32,000 nucleotides of DNA from Candidatus Electronema halotolerans (GTDB taxonomy: Bacteria > Desulfobacterota > Desulfobulbia > Desulfobulbales > Desulfobulbaceae), in NCBI GenBank assembly GCA_942493095.1, contig OW818675.1:1830001-1862000 (forward strand), read 5' to 3'. The notes below the pieces were generated by a model. The model made no database searches. It was given only the letters and a program-made list of their open reading frames with translations, and was not told the origin of the DNA. The translations under genes and the position numbers were made by a program. Of the stretch, positions 9,845 to 19,800 are shown one piece after another. The first letter of the stretch is position 1. Every line of letters begins with the position of its first letter.

Positions 9845-12487
9845 TCATTCACCGTTCACCATTGCCCCTTCCCGCACCAGCCTGCCGATGACAGTATAAT
9901 CCGTCTTGCCGCTGCCGAGAAGCGGGATCGCCTCCACCTGCTGCACCAGCCGGATATTATGCAGCGGCGACAGCCCGGCAGCACGGATGGCCTGATTGGC
10001 CTCCTGCCGGTCCGTGGCCAAAGTGGTCAGCAGCACCAGCTCCGGGTGCTGCTCGTCGCCGCTCGCAGCCACGGCCAGCACCGGCCCCTCGCCTGCCGGA
10101 TAATAGCTCTCCAAGGCCTGCTCAATTGCGGGCAGAGAAATCATCTCGCCGCCAATCTTGACAAAACGCTTCAGCCGCCCGGCAAAGACCAGCACCCCTT
10201 CCCACTCAAACATCAGGTCGCCGGTGTCGTACCACAACTCGCCGTCAAACTCAACAAAAGGCGACTTGGCCTCGCCAATATAGCCGCTGAACACATTTGG
10301 CCCGCGCACCAAGAGCCGCCCGTTCCTGCCCGGCGCAACAGGCTCGCCTGTCTCCGGGTCAAGGAGGATGCGCTGCATCGAGGGCAGCAGCTTGCCAACC
10401 GTGCCCAGCCGGGGATTGCTGAGGGAGTTGATTGCAATCATTGGTGAGCACTCGGTCACGCCGTAGCCTTCGCAAAGCACGGTCTGCGGGCATTTCTCCT
10501 TCAAGGCGGCAAAGACGTGGTCCGGGCATTTCTCGGCCCCGCTGCCGATCAGGCGCAGGGTGCGCAGCTGCTCCGGCTTGGCCGTGCGCAGCATTCCCTG
10601 CAAAAAAGTGGGCGTGGTGATCAGCACGGTTGTCCTGTAGGCGGCGGTCATCCGGGCCAGCATGGCTCCTTCGGTCGGATTGGGCCAATAAACAGTGCGC
10701 AGCCCGGTGCAGAGGGGCATGATCACTGTGCCCGCCAGACCAAGCGAATGAAAAATCGGCAGGATGCCAAGCAGACGGTCGTTGGAGGACAGGGACAGCA
10801 CTTGGGCGAAATCGCGCAAGTTGGCGAGAAAGTTGGCATGAGTAAGCGGCACGGCCTTGGGCCGCGCTTCTGAGCCGGAAGTAAAAAGGATGGCCGCGTT
10901 CTTGGCAATCTTGGCGTGACGGAGCTGGCTCCAAGACAATTGACTCTTGAGCAGAGCCGCGAGTTTCTGTCCCGCGCTGATGCCAGCCGCGATTTCTTCC
11001 AGATAAAGCCACGTCACCCCGACCTGGTCCAGCGCAAGTCCCTGTCCGGCCAGCCGCTCAGTCAGGGCTTTGGCAGTGATCACATTCTTGGCCCCGACCA
11101 CGCCGAGCGAGTGCTGCATATTGGCAATGCCGCTAGTCCAGTTGACCAAGACCGGTTCCTTGCCGCTGAAAACCACGGTCAGCCACGCCACTGCCGCTGC
11201 CACAGAGCTGGGCAGCATGATGCCGACGCGCTGCTCAGGCAGTTTCTCGATTTCCGGCAGCAGGGCGAAAATTGCCATGACGAGCTGCCGCCACGTCCTG
11301 TCGCCCCTGAGCTGGTCAGAAAGAATGACCTGATCAGGATTTTTTCGGGCCTGATCAAGGAACAGCTCGGCAAGAGTATTCCCCTCTGGCATGGTCAGCT
11401 TCCGCTCTTCGACCTGCGCAAACCAGCCTGCCGAAACCGGCTTCAGCTCCGCGCCTGCCAAGGTTGGCATGATGCCGCCCGCCGCCAGGATGCAGTCCGC
11501 AACTGTGCGCAGAGTCTCCAGATTGTCGGCGGAAACCCCGAATTCCTGTTGAAGCCACGCTCCAAACTCAGCCAAGACAATGCTGTCCAAACCAAGATCA
11601 GCGGCCAGACTGTCGCTTTCCTCAATATCCTCTGTTCCGGCCAGCTCTTGCAGCTTGGCCATGACTAACGTGCGGATTGACTCAGGAATCTTGCTCGTGT
11701 CCTTGTCGCTGAATTCCGGCTGGGTCTCGTCGTGATAAATCGGGGCACTGCCCTGCCACCACCAGAGCGGCACCTCGCTGTGGCGGTCAGGATGCTGGTT
11801 GTAAAAATCCTCCAGCCAGCGGTTGATCACCTGCTTGCCTGCGTTGCGGGGCGGAAAATCTGCTGGCTCCTCAACAAATTCCAGCTCAACCCGGCGGCGC
11901 GGCAGAAAAAAAATGCCGTTGGCCAGCACCGCCAGCAGCACCTTGCTGACATCCTTGAGCAGCGAGGGAATGCCTCGCGCCCGGCTGTAGCGGCTGCCCC
12001 AGAGGCCCCGCAGGCGGACCAGCACAATCCGGGCCTCCGGCACCGCATGAATGATCGTGGCTGCGCCGCTGTTGCCGCCGAGCAGCTCCAGATTGCCACG
12101 GCTTATTCGGCCTGATGGATAGAGCAGGATGCTGTCACCCTGCTTGAGCGCGGCAATGATTTCCTCAATGCCGACAATGACCTGATCTCGGACCTGCTGG
12201 CCGCTGGTGCTGAGGTCGGGAATGCGAATCGCCCGCAGCTGGTCCATCAGCCAGCGGAAGAGCGGCTGCGCAGTCTGTTTTTCGTCAGCCAGCGGACGCG
12301 GGGCAAAGGCAGGATAAATCAGGCTCATAATGATTATCGGGTCAATCAGAGCTTGATGATTGGGCAGAAAAAGCACTGGCCGATGGTCGTTGCGGCGGCT
12401 TTTCTTGATCTCCCGCAGGCCAGTGACACGGAGGCGGTAGCGGAGGCGGAGAAGCAGGGCAAAAAGATGCGAGAGCAGCGTTTTCAT
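9845..12487 (-). CDS. tri-domain lysophospholipid acyltransferase (PlsC-type) / acyl carrier domain / acyl-AMP-forming ligase (Aas-like)
   Basis: 880 aa. The N-terminus has the HX4D acyltransferase box (LPNHQALIDPIII) and PSGRISRG. The middle has a phosphopantetheine site (LAADLGLDSIVLAEF). The C-terminal half has adenylation motifs (ILFTSGSEARPKAV, EGYGVTE, YDTGDL, GRLKRFVKIGGEMIS). Confidence 0.85.
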   Translation of the reverse strand: MKTLLSHLFALLLRLRYRLRVTGLREIKKSRRNDHRPVLFLPNHQALIDPIIIMSLIYPAFAPRPLADEKQTAQPLFRWLMDQLRAIRIPDLSTSGQQVRDQVIVGIEEIIAALKQGDSILLYPSGRISRGNLELLGGNSGAATIIHAVPEARIVLVRLRGLWGSRYSRARGIPSLLKDVSKVLLAVLANGIFFLPRRRVELEFVEEPADFPPRNAGKQVINRWLEDFYNQHPDRHSEVPLWWWQGSAPIYHDETQPEFSDKDTSKIPESIRTLVMAKLQELAGTEDIEESDSLAADLGLDSIVLAEFGAWLQQEFGVSADNLETLRTVADCILAAGGIMPTLAGAELKPVSAGWFAQVEERKLTMPEGNTLAELFLDQARKNPDQVILSDQLRGDRTWRQLVMAIFALLPEIEKLPEQRVGIMLPSSVAAAVAWLTVVFSGKEPVLVNWTSGIANMQHSLGVVGAKNVITAKALTERLAGQGLALDQVGVTWLYLEEIAAGISAGQKLAALLKSQLSWSQLRHAKIAKNAAILFTSGSEARPKAVPLTHANFLANLRDFAQVLSLSSNDRLLGILPIFHSLGLAGTVIMPLCTGLRTVYWPNPTEGAMLARMTAAYRTTVLITTPTFLQGMLRTAKPEQLRTLRLIGSGAEKCPDHVFAALKEKCPQTVLCEGYGVTECSPMIAINSLSNPRLGTVGKLLPSMQRILLDPETGEPVAPGRNGRLLVRGPNVFSGYIGEAKSPFVEFDGELWYDTGDLMFEWEGVLVFAGRLKRFVKIGGEMISLPAIEQALESYYPAGEGPVLAVAASGDEQHPELVLLTTLATDRQEANQAIRAAGLSPLHNIRLVQQVEAIPLLGSGKTDYTVIGRLVREGAMVNGE

Positions 12488-12590
12488 AGGAAAAATTGGA
12501 CAGATTTTAAATTACAATTTATCGACCTGCTTATCTGTCCTATTCTGCCCCGGAATCGCAAAAAACGCGAGCTTTTCTCAAAAGGGGCAA

Positions 12591-13213
12591 TTATTCTTTC
12601 CGTCCAGGCCGACCTTGCTTTTTATTTGACAGGCGAATTCCCAGTTTCTTTTCGATCTCTTCCTGAAATAGATTGCTGCCGGTCAACTGCCCTCTTTGCA
12701 ATGCTTCCCGTATCAGCTTGATTTCATATTCCTTATACGCTGTTTGCCGTTCCTGTTCAGCATCTCCTAATGAGAGATAAAACGGCGGTAGATCAACAAC
12801 TGCATCTTTTCAGATACTCCTTGGTGGATATTATGCTGGATTTATAGTGTCCTTTCCACAAGCTGCCTGAACGGCCCTCCATTTTGTTGACATATCTCGT
12901 CTGCTGCCCAGCAACTCGCTTCATCAGGAGCGCAAGTGATTCTGGATTCCCGCTTTAGTCAACGATGAGGTGGACATGGTTGGTCATCAGGCAGTTTATC
13001 CGCCACACGTAGGGTCGATTCATGAATCGACCCTACGTGTGGCTCCGGCTATATTTTGCAGCCGAACTCCTGTTAAAAGGCAGCAAGGTTTTCTCGGTAA
13101 TAATTATAATCGTCATCGGAAGTGAAAACAGTTTGACGATTATGTCCTCGCTGAACAATGTGGTGAGGAGTGTATGGAAGTATCATTCCGGCTGATCGAG
13201 GCCTTTTTGTCAT
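12591..13213 (-). pseudogene. decayed IS200/IS605-superfamily Y1 (HUH) transposase, REP-associated (RAYT-like)
   Basis: My minus-strand translation has three pieces. (1) 13213->: MTKRPRSAGMILPYTPHHIVQRGHNRQTVFTSDDDYNYYRENLAAF*QEFGCKI*. (2) After the 42-bp palindrome: RINCLMTNHVHLIVD*SGNPESLALLMKRVAGQQTRYVNKMEGRSGSLWKGHYKSSIISTKEYLKRCSC*. (3) After a frame change: VVDLPPFYLSLGDAEQERQTAYKEYEIKLIREALQRGQLTGSNLFQEEIEKKLGIRLSNKKQGRPGRKE* (stop at 12591-12593). The HUH box (HVHL) and the Y-motif (GHYKS) are recognisable. The gene carries several in-frame stops, an internal deletion and an insertion. Confidence 0.7.
13002..13043. repeat. 42-bp perfect palindrome (REP-like, GTAG-containing) inserted in the RAYT pseudogene
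   Basis: GCCACACGTAGGGTCGATTCA|TGAATCGACCCTACGTGTGGC, perfectly self-complementary with no loop. It lies between the FGCKI and INCLMTNHVHL segments, which are adjacent in intact family members. Confidence 0.9.
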
Positions 13214-13277
13214 CACGGTTATATCAAAATTCCGGTTTTCGTTATTTCTTCAAGAAAGCCGCTTTTACAAGAAGCAT

Positions 13278-13327
13278 CAAAAGGGGACAGATTTATTTTT
13301 TTAAAAAAATAAATCTGTCCCCTTTTG
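13278..13327. repeat. 50-bp perfect palindrome (REP/MITE-like; could act as a bidirectional terminator)
   Basis: CAAAAGGGGACAGATTTATTTTTTT|AAAAAAATAAATCTGTCCCCTTTTG. The GGGGACAG...CTGTCCCC stem is flanked by A4/T4. It makes the two overlapping track ORFs encode the mirror peptide KRGQIYFFKKINLSPF. Confidence 0.9.
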
Positions 13328-13510
13328 CTTATCAAGGTCAAGCAGAAGGTTTCCGGCTGCTTCCGAACACTTGAGGGAGCAGAACGATTCGCCTGTATCC
13401 GGGGATATATCTCCACGGTCCGTAAAAATTCAAGAAACATTTTTGAAGCGATCAAAGATGCTTTCCTTGGAAGTCCTTTTATCCCCGATGCCGCAGTATA
13501 AAAAACGAGT

Positions 13511-13548
13511 AAGGCCGTCTTCAGCACTTCTGAAAACGGCCTTTTTTG
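13511..13548. terminator. intrinsic terminator hairpin downstream of the Rhs/52-aa ORF unit
   Basis: AAGGCCGTCTTCAG ... CTGAAAACGGCCTT forms a 14-bp stem with 1 mismatch. TTTTTTG follows on the + strand, and ACTCGTTTTTT follows on the - strand. It lies about 110 nt beyond the 52-aa ORF stop. Confidence 0.45.
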
Positions 13549-13660
13549 TCAGGCTGAGTAGTTACTATTTCTCCTCCTCAAAAGTCCCCTTTTGCCTTGA
13601 AAACTGTTGAGATTTAGTAATTTTTTTTGCCGTTTTCGTCATTCAAGCAAACCTATTTAG

Positions 13661-13819
13661 CTATCTCAAATAATTACTAACAAGAAAAAAAAGTAAAAGA
13701 AAAAAACTTGCAAGCCCACCTTTTAGCAAATAGCTTTCTATTCCGACAACGTTGCTAATACGTTGAATACCAAACCCCATAACAATACAATATAAAGTAA
13801 ATGTAAACAAAAATCTCAT
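13661..13819 (-). CDS. 52-aa two-TM protein, candidate immunity protein for the Rhs C-terminal toxin
   Basis: Not in the ORF track (under 60 aa). My translation is MRFLFTFTLYCIVMGFGIQRISNVVGIESYLLKGGLASFFLLLFFLVSNYLR*. ATG at 13819-13817, 28 nt after the Rhs stop; TAG at 13663-13661. Two hydrophobic helices, very AT-rich. The SD is weak. Confidence 0.4.
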   Translation of the reverse strand: MRFLFTFTLYCIVMGFGIQRISNVVGIESYLLKGGLASFFLLLFFLVSNYLR

Positions 13820-13847
13820 AGAAGTCACTTGCTATAAATTTCCCACT

Positions 13848-16800
13848 TCAATTACCATCACAAGGTGATGTTTGCTTCCATTCACCATTAATTGACTGTT
13901 CAGTAGCTCCCCCTAAAACTCCCCCCAATACAGCTGCTCCTATTGTTGTTGATACACTCCCGCCAATCAGTATAGCAGACGGATCACCTGTGACTGCTCC
14001 TACTACTGCCCCAGTAACGGCCCCCACTACTGCTCCACCTGCCGCTGCACCGATAATGTTTTCAGCATGGAATCCATTGCCTTGGATTGCTGAAATTACT
14101 TGAGAACCTAATCCGTATGATGCGCCACCAAGTCCCCCAATAACGGCCCCCGCGCCAGTGGCTGCCCAACTCCATAGCTTTCCCTCAGGATCAACCAACC
14201 CCACCGGATCCCCCACCACATACCCATACAAATCCACATCCCCGCCCGCAAAGAAGATCGGGTCTTTAGCAACCCAACGCCCAATTGCCGGGTCGTAATC
14301 CCGGAAACCGAATTTGACCAGCCCGGTATCCCGGTCATGCAGGCCGCCTGCAAAGCCGAAGGGCACGGCCAAGGCGGGATTGCTGTCGGAAAGAATCGTG
14401 CCAAAGGAATCATAGCTGATTTCTTTGACCACATTGCCGGTCGCATCGGCAACAGTGCGCAGCGAGCCGACCTGATCATAGCCCAGATAATAGGTCGCGC
14501 CGCTGGCGGTCATGGCTGCGGGCATTCTGCCGTCCGCATACTCAAAGCGCATCAGCAGGTTGTCGCTGCCGTCATAGACTGCCATGAGTTTGGTCAGGCC
14601 AAGCCAGAGATATTTTTCCACAATCGTGCCGTTGACCTTCTTGGCAATCCTGCGGCCCAGCGGGTCGTGGAGGTATTCAATGCTCTTTCCGTCCGGCAAG
14701 GTGACTTGCAGCAGCTCGCCGCGAGAGGAATAATTGTAGGCAGTTACCTCAGCACCTTGGGTCTTCTTGGTCAAGAAGCCGTCTTTGTCAAACTCGTAGC
14801 TCACATCGCCTGCGGAGAGCAGATGATCTTCCTCCGAATAGCTATAATCCCGGCCAGATACACCCTTGAGGCTGTTCATTTCATGTGTGCGGCTGCCGTT
14901 CAGCCCGTACTGATACTCTTCCACAAGAATGCCGCCTTTTTTCACGGTCAGCAGCCTGCCCATGTCGTCATACGTGTAGGCATAGTCAACCGCGCTGCCG
15001 TTCACGGTCTCGGTCTTGCTCAGTATCCTGCCGTTTTTATTCCGAGTCACCGACCAGCCATTGACAGGCTGGGCATTGACCGTCGAGTTTTCCGCAGTCA
15101 GTTCGCCATAGCCGTTAAAGGTGCGGCTGCGGTTCAGGGCATTGCCGCTGACCTGCTCCGGCAAACCATTGGCCGCATTTCTGCTTATGGAATAAACACC
15201 GGAACTGATCAGCAGGCCGTCGTCATCATAGCTGAGATTTTCCGTGCTTCCGGCATACGTGATTGCGGAAAGATTGAAATCGTTATTATACGAGAACGTC
15301 AGCGTCTGATTGAGCGTGCCGCTTTTGCTTTCCGAGGTGAGCAAACTGCCGTCATAGCTGTAGGAAATGCTTTCACCGCCTTTGCTGATCGAACCAACCT
15401 TGGAGCTGCAAAGGTACGTATAATCAATATTGCCTTCAGGAGTCTGCGTCTGAGTCAGCAGATTGTCGGTGTAGATATTGCTGATCTGCGCGCCTGACGG
15501 GAAATCCGTTCGCTTCAGCCGCCTGTCCTTGTCATAAACATAGCTGTACGAGCCGCTGATCGGTGTTTGGTAAGCGTTCTGCCTGTTGACCTTGTTGTAG
15601 GCAAACAGATGGTTTGTCGCTGATGGATTGGTCAGCGCGGTCATGTTGCCGTTGCTGTCGTAGCTGAACTGCACAGTTGTTGTATCAGGCCGGGTTATTG
15701 CGGTCACTCTGCCGACTGCATCATGGCTGTAGGAGGTGCTGCGGCCTTCCGGGTCAGTCTGCGAGGCAAGAAAGCCCTGCGCGTCATAGCTGAACGCCGC
15801 TGTCCGGGTATCCGTGGTGACCGAGGTCAAACGGCCCTTGCTGTCGTAGGCATAGTTGGTCGGAGAAAGGCCAGGAATTTCCACGCTCGTAGTGAGCAGG
15901 GTCGCCGGATCATACGCAGCAGTCACAGTCCTGCCTTCCGGCGTAGTGACCGTCTTTTCCGCTGTCAGGGTGTTATGAACAAGGGTTGTTATTCTGCCGT
16001 CGCGGGAGACAGTTTCCGTAATCAGGTCAGGTATCTCGTCTGTATTCGTATCCTGATAGGTTTTATCTACTTGGGCGACTTTGGTCAGTCCGGCAGGCGA
16101 CTGCGTGCCTGTGCCATGCGCGACTTTGTACTTGTATTCCGCATCCAAACCGTAGTCTGTCCAGCTTGTCATGCCGCAGGAAAGCTCCCGTGTTTCACTG
16201 AGGCCGTCAGCAGAACGGCTGAACGTGCTTTCATTGCCGCTTGGATCAATTGTGGTGGTGGAAAAGGCACCGGTGGAAGCGGTATTATCCAGATTGGTGG
16301 TGCGGTTGCCCTCGGCAGTGAGGGAGTCGATCTGCACCTCGCCGTTCGCCAGCCGTTGGCGGGAGTATTGCCACTGGCCGCCTTCCTCGTCAAGCACCTC
16401 GACGATTTTGCCGTTGGCATCAAAATGATGTTCAAAACGGTTGCCGTTCGGCTCCGTCTCAACGGTCATCAGGCTGTCAGGGCTGTAGGTGAAATTGTAG
16501 GCACTGCTGTCCGGGTAAACGATCTTGGCAAGCTGCTTTTCCGCATTGATGTGCAGCTCGGTGCGCAGGCCGTCCGGGGAAACAATGGCAGTTGTTGTGC
16601 CGTTTGCATCCCGCTCAATGGTCGTGACATTGCCGAACTGGTCGGTGATGGAAAGCAGGTTGTTGTCGCTATCATAGCCGAATTCCTGTAGGACAAGGCC
16701 ACTGTCTAAATCAATGGTCTTTTTATGCAGACCGGCAGCGGACATGATGTAGCCGAGGCCGTTGGAGTCGGCAAAGGGGATGTCGCCTGCGGCAAGCAGG

Positions 16801-19800
16801 TCTGACTTGAATACAGCGGCGGCAAATTCAACTTTGCGGATGCGGTGGTGATCATACTCAGCCATGAAAATATTGCCAAGCTGATCCACTGCCACTTCAA
16901 TAGGATCATCAAGACTGGCCTCAAGAGCTGGGCCGCCGTCTCCGGCATAGCTCGATGACCCGTTTCCTGCCACTGTAGTAATGATGCCGTTTGGATCAAT
17001 CTTGCGGATACGAGAGTTGTATTCGTCGCAAATAAAGAGATTGCCCGCCTGATCTAGAGCAACATCCGTTGGACTGTTAAGTCGAGCTTCAATTGCCGGA
17101 CCGCCGTCACCGCTGTAGCCTGATGACCCTGTTCCCGCTACAGTGGTGATGACGCCGCTGGAATTAACCTTGCGGATGCGATCATGTACGGGGTCGGCGA
17201 TAAAAAAATTGCCAGCCTGATCGACTATTACTCCGGCTGCCCTGATTTTAGCTTGAACAGCAGGAATGTTGTCACCTGTAGAGCTGCCGCCACCCGCCAC
17301 AGTGTTGATGATGCCATTTGTATCCACCTTGCGGATGCTGTCATTGTAGTATCCAATCACATTGACAATAAAGATATTGCCGATTTCATCCACTGCCACT
17401 TCATAAGGTTCATCAAGCTCGGCATCAATAGCTGGGCCGCCATCACCGCCGGAGCCTTCAGTGCCGTTGCCTGCCACAGTGGTGATAATGCCGTTTGTAT
17501 CCACTTTACGGATGCGGTTGTTTCCGGTATCAGCAATAAAAATGTTGCCGAGCTGATCAACTACTACATCATCTGGGTAAGAAATATTGGCCTCAATGGC
17601 TGGAATGTTGTCACCGTTGTAGCCGGAAGAGCCGGTACCGACCACAGTGGTGATGATGCCGTTTTTATCTACCTTTCTGATACGATGGTTATTTCTATCG
17701 GCAATCAAGATATTGCCAAGCGTATCCACTGCCACATCGTCAGGATAATAAAGTTTGGCCTCGGCAGCCGGAATGTCGTCGCCGTTGTAACCGGAAGAGC
17801 CGGTGCCTGCCAGTGTTGTTATGATACTGGAGTTCTTGTTTTCCAGAATGGAGCCATTTCCTTTGTACAGGTGCGCGGCTCGTCTTCCAAAAACATGATG
17901 ATCAGACAGGCTCCAGCCTTCAGCGATATTACCCGCAGCCTTTCCTGCACCAACCTGAAGTTCAAAACGCTGCCACGAAATAACCTCCTGCCGTGCCCGG
18001 ATGCCGGTAACATCACTCCCGGCCTGCGCAAAGGCATTGGAAAAATTCCCGGCTGTCAAGTAAACAGCTTCATAGACAAAGCCGATAGCTACATCAGCAT
18101 CCACAGTTCCTGCTTCCCGGCCCAGATAATCCAAACCATCCCAAGTAAATTGGGCCTGCTGGTTTGGCAACGGTTCCAAAGTCTGGGTCAGCGTGCGCCC
18201 GGCAAGCTTCACCTCCACAATGATGCTCTTCAGACTGTCCGGCACCGTGTCGCTGCTGGCCGGAACCGTGATCACCTGCTTGTAGTCGTCCACCCGATTA
18301 GAGGCGTAATGCAGGGTCATGCCAGTGCCGGGAATCGGAATATCTTCATGAAAGACCCGTCCCCGTTTTTTGACGTAGGAGTTGATGCAGTCGATGTCAT
18401 CTGGATTTTTACCATCGGTTGTTTCAGCTCCTTCCGCATCAGGCGTACCCTTACCATTCGGCGGGATTGCATCCTCCTTCGGGCCATACGGCCAGTTACA
18501 ATCCCACGGCGTGAAATGGGTGATTGCTGCCCGCCAGAAGGTCTTTCCCGGCGCATAGCGGCTCGCATCTTCCAAGCCGATCACTTCATCAGCAAAGGAA
18601 CCATCACTGTTCAAATCATTCGGCAGGTCGTCTTTGTCTGAATCCAGAGCATCTACAACGCCGTCGCCGTCCACATCCAAGAGCTTGACCACAAGGCCGT
18701 TCTCAGACGGCACCCAGACCCCGCGATCCCGGTCGTAATAGCCCACGGGCACGGCCTCGCCGACTTCAAAGCCGAGGAAGTTGTCCACCCAGACAGTAAC
18801 CGGCTTGTCAAAGCGCACCCGTGCCGCACCATCCACCGAAAGCTCTGAACAGTAGGTGTAGGCGGAATTCGGCGGCAAAACCGCAGGCATGGACTCCTGC
18901 GTCTTGAACTCCGTGGCTCTGGCCGTAATGTTCGGCAATTCCTGAATATCATTGCCCTGCTCATCAACCAGATGGGCCATGTTGTCGCCCTGAAAAACTA
19001 TGGTCGCAGAGCGGCTGCCGAATTCGTCCGTAACCGGCGTGCTTACATGCGTGACCACTGTTGCAGGATTGCCGTCAAAAGTGACTTGCGTGGCCGCTGA
19101 ATCTTCAACCAGCATCTGCACCGTTTCAGCAACAGCAATATCATTCCACGGCACATATATTTGACGATGCGCGGTGATATACCCGGCCCGTTTGTAGGCA
19201 ATGGTCATGGTGCCGCCGCCTTCTGCGGGAAGGGTGAATCTGCCGTCCGCAGCGGTCTTTACAGTGCCGTATTCAGGATGCCCATGCACCGTGACGCGCA
19301 CATCCTCTAACGGCGCATCTTGCAGATCATGCACCATGCCAGTGATCAGCGAAAACCGCTTGGCATCGTATTCATCAATCGTCGCATCGTCCGGCACAAG
19401 GTCTTCATACTGCTCACCAAACGAGCCTTCCGGCTGCGCTTCCGGGCTGTTCGTCACTTGCACTGTCACCTGCGCGCTGACCGTGCCCTTGCCCCCTGAA
19501 CCGGTGATGGTGTAGGTTGTTGTGTTTTCTGGACTAACACTGCGGGAATCATTTGCCGCGACCACACCAATGCCGTTGTCAATGCTGATATTTTCAACGT
19601 TGCGGCTCTGCCAGGACAGCTCGGTGGATTCACCGGCGGCAATGGTCTCCGAGACGGCAGAGATGGTGATTGAAGCAGGCACCACGTCAACTGTGGCAGT
19701 GTCCGAGGCCGTGCCGCCCGCACCAGTGGCGGTGATTGTATAGGTGGTGGTCGCTGTGGGAGAAACGCTTTTTGTGCCGTTCAGATCAACCGTACCAATC

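Noticed and set aside
9797-11668. 216-aa, 217-aa and 250-aa ORFs overlapping the Aas-like gene
   Set aside because: These are antisense or off-frame shadows inside a gene with clear domain motifs. Their products are Arg/Pro/Gln-rich.
13174-13610. Track ORFs 13174-13374 (+), 13219-13527 (-) and 13371-13610 (+)
   Set aside because: The first two are generated by the 50-bp palindrome, since both contain KRGQIYFFKKINLSPF. They also overlap the pseudogene start and terminator hairpins. No SD and no family resemblance.
13549-13660. 25-aa ORF MTKTAKKITKSQQFSRQKGTFEEEK downstream of the 52-aa ORF
   Set aside because: It is very short and hydrophilic, has no SD, and overlaps a small CAAAAG/CTTTTG hairpin. 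Not supportable.
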